DNA of 64,000 nucleotides from Escherichia coli (GTDB lineage Bacteria; Pseudomonadota; Gammaproteobacteria; Enterobacterales; Enterobacteriaceae): NCBI RefSeq assembly GCF_013122565.1, contig NZ_CP053258.1; one strand, 5' to 3'. Shown piece by piece: positions 55,109 to 64,000 of this stretch (position 1 is its first letter; each line of letters starts with the position of its first letter). The notes under the pieces were generated by a model. It saw only the letters and a program-made list of their open reading frames with translations, ran no database searches and was not told where the DNA came from. The position numbers and the translations under genes were made by a program.

Positions 55109-56611
55109 TTACGCCGCAATGGCGTTCATGATCGCCGGAACGGAAAGCTCTGCCAGCGGGATCTCCGCTACCTGTTTGCGATCGCGCATGATGATCACCC
55201 GGTCGGCATAGCCCACCAGCTCTTCCAGCTCGGAGGAGATCACCAGCAGCGCCAGCCCATCGGCGCACAGCGTTTCAATCAGCCGGATGATCTCGGCGTG
55301 GGCACCAACATCAATGCCGCGGGTTGGCTCGTCGAGGATCAGAAATTGCGGTCGGGTCAGTAGCCAACGTGAAAGCAACACTTTTTGCTGATTGCCGCCA
55401 GAGAGAAATTCAATCGGTTGTTCAGTTGAAGGTGTGCGAATGCCAAGCTGGCGGATAAAGCGTTCGGCAATCTCTTGCTGTTCTTTGCGGGAAATGGGAC
55501 GTAGCCAGCCGCGCTGGGCCTGGAGAGCGAGGATGATATTTTCCCGCACCGAGGCGGCAGCGATGATGCCATCGGTTTTCCTGTCTTCCGGGCAGAAGCC
55601 AATGCCCAGTACCGAAGCCTGATGTGGCGATCGCAGGTTTTGCGGTTTGCCTTTGATCAACGCCGTGCCGCTGTCAGCAGGTTTGATACCGAAGATCACT
55701 TCGGCGGTTTCGGTACGTCCTGATCCCAGCAATCCAGCCAGACCGACGATCTCGCCGGGGCGTACTTCGAGATCAAACGGTGCGATCGTTCCTTTTTTGC
55801 CGTAATTTTTGAACGCGGCAACGGGTTTGTCGCTCAACAATGTTCGCCCGGCACGCTGTAGCGCGTGGGTATCCAGCTCGCGCCCCAGCATCATTTTTAC
55901 CAGTTCGATCTGCGGTAGCTCGCACGTTTCCCGACAGCCTACGAAACTGCCGTTGCGTAAGACGGTGATCCGATCGCTGACCTGATAGACCTGATCGAGA
56001 AAGTGAGTGACAAAAATCAGGCTGACGCCGCGATCGCGCAACTGACGCATCAGGTCAAACAGTAACTCCACTTCCTGGGTGTCGAGACTGGCGGTGGGTT
56101 CATCGAGGATCAGCACTTTGGCAGAGAGATCGATAGCCCGGCAAATAGCGACGATTTGCTGCATCGCGACTGAAAAGCGGTTGAGCGGTTCGCGCACGTC
56201 GAGGGAGAAACCGTAAGATGCCATCAGTTCGGTGGCGCGCTTTTCCATCTCTTTGCGGCGTAGAAGGCCGAAGCGTTTGGGTTCGCGGCCTATAAATAGA
56301 TTATCAGCGACCGACATATTGGGTAGCAGGTTGACTTCCTGATAGACGGTGCCAATGCCGAGTTGTTGCGCGTGGGCGGTATTTTTCGGTGAGATAGCCT
56401 GGCCTTCCAGCCAGATGGTGCCGCGATCGGCGTGGTATACACCAGTTAATGCTTTGATTAGCGTTGATTTTCCCGCCCCGTTTTCACCGAGCAGCGCCAT
56501 GATTTCGCCACGGCGCAGGCTGAAATCAACGTTGTCTAACGCTTTGACGCCGGGGAAAAATTTACTTAATCCTTCGGTGCGGAGGATCTCCTGGTGTTGG
56601 TCGGTCGTCAT
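55109..56611 (-). CDS. ytfR: Galactofuranose ABC transporter ATP-binding protein YtfR
   Basis: 500 aa; two nucleotide-binding domains (Walker A GENGAGKST and a second set). Confidence 0.9.
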   Translation of the reverse strand: MTTDQHQEILRTEGLSKFFPGVKALDNVDFSLRRGEIMALLGENGAGKSTLIKALTGVYHADRGTIWLEGQAISPKNTAHAQQLGIGTVYQEVNLLPNMSVADNLFIGREPKRFGLLRRKEMEKRATELMASYGFSLDVREPLNRFSVAMQQIVAICRAIDLSAKVLILDEPTASLDTQEVELLFDLMRQLRDRGVSLIFVTHFLDQVYQVSDRITVLRNGSFVGCRETCELPQIELVKMMLGRELDTHALQRAGRTLLSDKPVAAFKNYGKKGTIAPFDLEVRPGEIVGLAGLLGSGRTETAEVIFGIKPADSGTALIKGKPQNLRSPHQASVLGIGFCPEDRKTDGIIAAASVRENIILALQAQRGWLRPISRKEQQEIAERFIRQLGIRTPSTEQPIEFLSGGNQQKVLLSRWLLTRPQFLILDEPTRGIDVGAHAEIIRLIETLCADGLALLVISSELEELVGYADRVIIMRDRKQVAEIPLAELSVPAIMNAIAA

Positions 56612-56640
56612 GGCTTCCCCCGGTGTAAAGCGTGCTCCCA

Positions 56641-56740
56641 GTAGGCATGATAAGACGCGGTAAGCGTCGCATCAGGCTTCAGTGCACCATCGCCGGATGC
56701 GGCGCGAGCGCCTTATCCGGCCTACGAATCGGCATCAGGC
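56641..56740. repeat. REP/BIME cluster
   Basis: gcgtcgcatcaggc and gccggatgcggcgcgagcgccttatccggcctac motifs. Confidence 0.75.
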
Positions 56741-56750
56741 ATAGCAACCC

Positions 56751-57707
56751 TCAATACCCCATATTTTTCTTCTTCTCTAACTCTTCTTTTGCGGTATCAG
56801 GCAGATAAAGGGTGGATTTGGTTAACGTCAGCTTTTCAGGCATGGTGCCGTCTTTTTTGTATTTCTCCAGCGCGTCAAAAGCGGGTCCCGCCATGTTCGG
56901 CGTCAGTTCAACACTGGCGTTCGCTTCGCCATCCATCATCGCTTTGTAGATGTCCGGTACACCGTCAATGGAACCCGTGAGGATATCTTTGCCCGGTTTC
57001 AGGCCCGCTTCTTTAATTGCCTGAATTGCACCAATCACCATGTCGTCGTTATGGGCGTAAACCATGCAGATGTTTTTGCCGTTGTTTTCCGCTTTGATAA
57101 AGCTCTCCATGACTTCTTTGCCTTTACTGCGGGTGAAGTCACCTGACTGCGAGCGGATAATTTTGATATTTGGCGCATTCTTAATGGCTTCGGCAAAGCC
57201 TTTCTTACGGTCGATGGCGACGCTGGCCCCAACAGTGCCCTGCAGCTCCACCACGTTGCATGGTTTGCCATTCACTTCTTTTACCAGCCAGTCACCAATC
57301 AACTTGCCTTCGAGGATGTTGTCGGCAGTGACGGTGGTCATATAGAGAGATTTGTCTTTCACATCAATGGAACGATCGAGCAAGAAGACCGGGATTTCGG
57401 CATCTTTCGCCTCTTTTAATACCGGTTCCCAACCAGTCGCAACCACCGGAGCGATAAAGATCGCATCCACCCCTTGCGCGACGAAGGAACGTACCGCTTT
57501 AATCTGGTTTTCCTGCTTTTGCTGACCATCGGCAATTTTCAACGTAATTCCGCGTTTTTCGGCCTCACTTTTCGCCACATTGGTTTCTGCGGCGCGCCAG
57601 CCGGATTCCGATCCGACCTGCGAAAATCCTACGGTTAATGGAGCGGCCAACGCCATAGACGATATGGCTGCCGAGACTGCAGAGACTACAAGTAAGCGTT
57701 TCCACAT
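56751..57707 (-). CDS. ytfQ: Galactofuranose-binding periplasmic protein YtfQ
   Basis: 318 aa with signal peptide MWKRLLVVSAVSAAISSMALA. Confidence 0.9.
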   Translation of the reverse strand: MWKRLLVVSAVSAAISSMALAAPLTVGFSQVGSESGWRAAETNVAKSEAEKRGITLKIADGQQKQENQIKAVRSFVAQGVDAIFIAPVVATGWEPVLKEAKDAEIPVFLLDRSIDVKDKSLYMTTVTADNILEGKLIGDWLVKEVNGKPCNVVELQGTVGASVAIDRKKGFAEAIKNAPNIKIIRSQSGDFTRSKGKEVMESFIKAENNGKNICMVYAHNDDMVIGAIQAIKEAGLKPGKDILTGSIDGVPDIYKAMMDGEANASVELTPNMAGPAFDALEKYKKDGTMPEKLTLTKSTLYLPDTAKEELEKKKNMGY

Positions 57708-58016
57708 AGGGTTGTCCTCGTCGGAGTAATTATTATTGGTGAAAAGATGTTCGCGAAAAAACTATAGACAATTCGTTATGTAACGGATTGCGTTACATCA
57801 CACTTCAAAAAAGTAAATAAAACGTTAATCACAAGTTTGTAATCGCTTTCATCTCACTATGAAAAATGCGGCTACGGTTATGGATTTTCCTGCTCTGTAT
57901 ACCGTCTTAAAACTGGTGAAAAAGGAAAATGAAGACGAAAACAAGCGAAGACATTCGGCGCGAGTTGGCTATAATACTCGGCACTTGTTTGCCACATATT
58001 TTTAAAGGAAACAGAC

Positions 58017-58547
58017 ATGAGCTTACTCAACGTCCCTGCGGGTAAAGATCTGCCGGAAGACATCTACGTTGTTATTGAGATCCCGGCTAACGCAGATCCG
58101 ATCAAATACGAAATCGACAAAGAGAGCGGCGCACTGTTCGTTGACCGCTTCATGTCCACCGCGATGTTCTATCCGTGCAACTACGGTTACATCAACCACA
58201 CCCTGTCTCTGGACGGTGACCCGGTTGACGTACTGGTCCCGACTCCGTACCCGCTGCAGCCGGGTTCTGTGATCCGTTGCCGTCCGGTTGGCGTTCTGAA
58301 AATGACCGACGAAGCCGGTGAAGATGCGAAACTGGTTGCGGTTCCGCACAGCAAGCTGAGCAAAGAATACGATCACATTAAAGACGTTAACGATCTGCCA
58401 GAGCTGCTGAAAGCGCAGATCGCTCACTTCTTCGAGCACTACAAAGACCTCGAAAAAGGCAAGTGGGTGAAAGTTGAAGGTTGGGAAAACGCAGAAGCCG
58501 CTAAAGCTGAAATCGTTGCCTCCTTCGAGCGCGCAAAGAATAAATAA
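58017..58547 (+). CDS. ppa: Inorganic pyrophosphatase
   Basis: 176-aa translation [32 protein letters not shown]... Confidence 0.97.
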   Translation: MSLLNVPAGKDLPEDIYVVIEIPANADPIKYEIDKESGALFVDRFMSTAMFYPCNYGYINHTLSLDGDPVDVLVPTPYPLQPGSVIRCRPVGVLKMTDEAGEDAKLVAVPHSKLSKEYDHIKDVNDLPELLKAQIAHFFEHYKDLEKGKWVKVEGWENAEAAKAEIVASFERAKNK

Positions 58548-58563
58548 GTTCTTATAGCGCAAT

Positions 58564-58602
58564 AACCCTGAACGCCAGGCTTCGGTTAGTAAGGGTTTTT
58601 TT
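58564..58602 (+). terminator. Terminator-like hairpin after ppa
   Basis: aaccct...agggtt stem followed by a T-run. Confidence 0.55.
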
Positions 58603-58623
58603 ATGCCCGCGATAAATAAACAC

Positions 58624-58974
58624 TTATTCCACCACCGCCTGCAAGCGTAATAACGCCTCTTCCACCACCTCATCCGCAGCCAGACCAATACGCTTTGCCA
58701 GCCGGGCGTGTAGATCCATCATCCGCACCTGATTCACCAGCACCACGCCGTGCACATCGCCTTCTTCGCAATGTAAAGGAACGCTAAATCCGGCATAACG
58801 GGCAAAATTTCCGCCCTGCGTAATGGGGGCCAGCAGCGTCATTCCCAGTTGATTAAAGGCTTGAACGGAGAGCACAAGCGCAGGTCGACCAGCACCTTGC
58901 TGTTCATGGCCGCTTGCTGGATCAAAGCCAACCAGCACAATGTCTCCCCGTTCAAATTCACTTTTCTTTACCAT
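58624..58974 (-). CDS. chpB: MazF-family endoribonuclease toxin ChpB
   Basis: 116-aa translation MVKKSEFERGDIVLVGFDPASGHEQ... Confidence 0.9.
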   Translation of the reverse strand: MVKKSEFERGDIVLVGFDPASGHEQQGAGRPALVLSVQAFNQLGMTLLAPITQGGNFARYAGFSVPLHCEEGDVHGVVLVNQVRMMDLHARLAKRIGLAADEVVEEALLRLQAVVE

Positions 58975-59219
58975 ATTTCGTCACCCGCAGGGGTAGATTT
59001 ACCCCAGACATCCTGCTCGCTAAGTTCCGCGGCGTTCATGTCACACTGTGCCAGCAGTTCATCAAGCGAGTAGCGCCTGGAGATGGGTGTCAGAATCAGT
59101 TGATTGTTGCTCACTTGCGCCTCCACGCTCTGCCCCGGCCGTAAGTTAAGTTCTTTCATCACAACATTAGGAATGACCATACCTGAACTGTTCCCCCATC
59201 TTTTTATGGTAATACGCAT
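58968..59219 (-). CDS. chpS: Antitoxin ChpS (AbrB/MazE fold)
   Basis: Translation MRITIKRWGNSSGMVIPNVVMKELNL...; overlaps chpB start. Confidence 0.9.
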   Translation of the reverse strand: MRITIKRWGNSSGMVIPNVVMKELNLRPGQSVEAQVSNNQLILTPISRRYSLDELLAQCDMNAAELSEQDVWGKSTPAGDEIW

Positions 59220-59233
59220 CTGCACCTCCTTAA

Positions 59234-59250
59234 GTTATACAAAGTATAAC
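59234..59250. promoter_or_regulatory. Inverted repeat (possible ChpS operator) upstream of chpS
   Basis: gttatac-aaa-gtataac perfect inverted repeat read directly. Confidence 0.4.
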
Positions 59251-59429
59251 TCACGGTGCTACAGGAAACGTTTTACCCCTGCATATCTGTGAACGCCAGC
59301 AGAGTTTTTTATGCGATTGCAGATATGGAAAGCGGCTCGGAGAGAAAAGCAAAAGATGGGAAAGTTACAAAAAAATCGCGAGATACATCGCATAAAACAA
59401 CGCCACCCGAAGGTGGCGTGCTTTTATTA

Positions 59430-59771
59430 TTACTTATCCCTGTCTAACCAGTCGCCGCTTTCAATTAGCTTTAATCCATCGACGGGTCGTTGATAAACGT
59501 ACATCCATGCACTCCCGTACGGCGTCTGGATCAACTGGCGCGCGTATTCACCGCCCCTGGTGCGCAAGGCATCAAGTTCGGCCAGCGTGGCGTTGTCAAT
59601 ACGATAAACTTCACCGTGTACTGTTCCGTTCCCCGGAACTGCGCCTGGATAGTGGCCCAGGCTATACAACTGGTAGTTATCGATACTGAAATCGCCCAGT
59701 AACTGGGCATTGGTCATCCAGTGACTGTTGCCTTGTTTGTGGCGTAAACTGCCGTAGACAAATATTCGCAT
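59430..59771 (-). CDS. ytfP: Gamma-glutamylcyclotransferase-family protein YtfP
   Basis: 113-aa translation MRIFVYGSLRHKQGNSHWM... Confidence 0.9.
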   Translation of the reverse strand: MRIFVYGSLRHKQGNSHWMTNAQLLGDFSIDNYQLYSLGHYPGAVPGNGTVHGEVYRIDNATLAELDALRTRGGEYARQLIQTPYGSAWMYVYQRPVDGLKLIESGDWLDRDK

Positions 59772-59773
59772 TG

Positions 59774-64000
<4,227 letters not shown>

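Overview
Escherichia coli-type chromosome, read in reverse orientation relative to the K-12 reference map. From about 15.6 kb to the end the window is conserved core genome that I recognise by eye from the translations: leuX, ahr, yjgR, lptG/lptF, pepA, holC, valS, argI, pyrLBI, ridA, mgtA, treRBC, nrdDG, cybC, pmbA, mpl, fbp, ytfQRT-yjfF, ppa, chpSB, ytfP, tamB and partial tamA. The first ~15.6 kb is an accessory island inserted at the 3' end of tRNA-Leu(CAA) leuX, with a P4-family tyrosine integrase next to the tRNA. Its cargo is (i) a complete type I restriction-modification system (hsdR, then hsdM-hsdS); (ii) translationally coupled to hsdS, a two-gene module of an ABC-type ATPase with an unexplained ~200-aa N-terminal extension plus an HNH nuclease - Septu(PtuA/PtuB)-like but atypical, and my best candidate for an undescribed defence system; (iii) an orphan AT-rich gene whose N-terminus looks like a DUF4365 / PD-(D/E)xK nuclease fold; and (iv) at the left edge a prophage-like block (AlpA-like regulator, YfjR-like regulator, YeeP/YfjP-like GTPase, secreted protein). 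A RelBE-like toxin-antitoxin pair sits as a small accessory insertion between nrdG and cybC. All domain calls are from motifs read by eye; no HMM or database search was run, and composition statements are qualitative.
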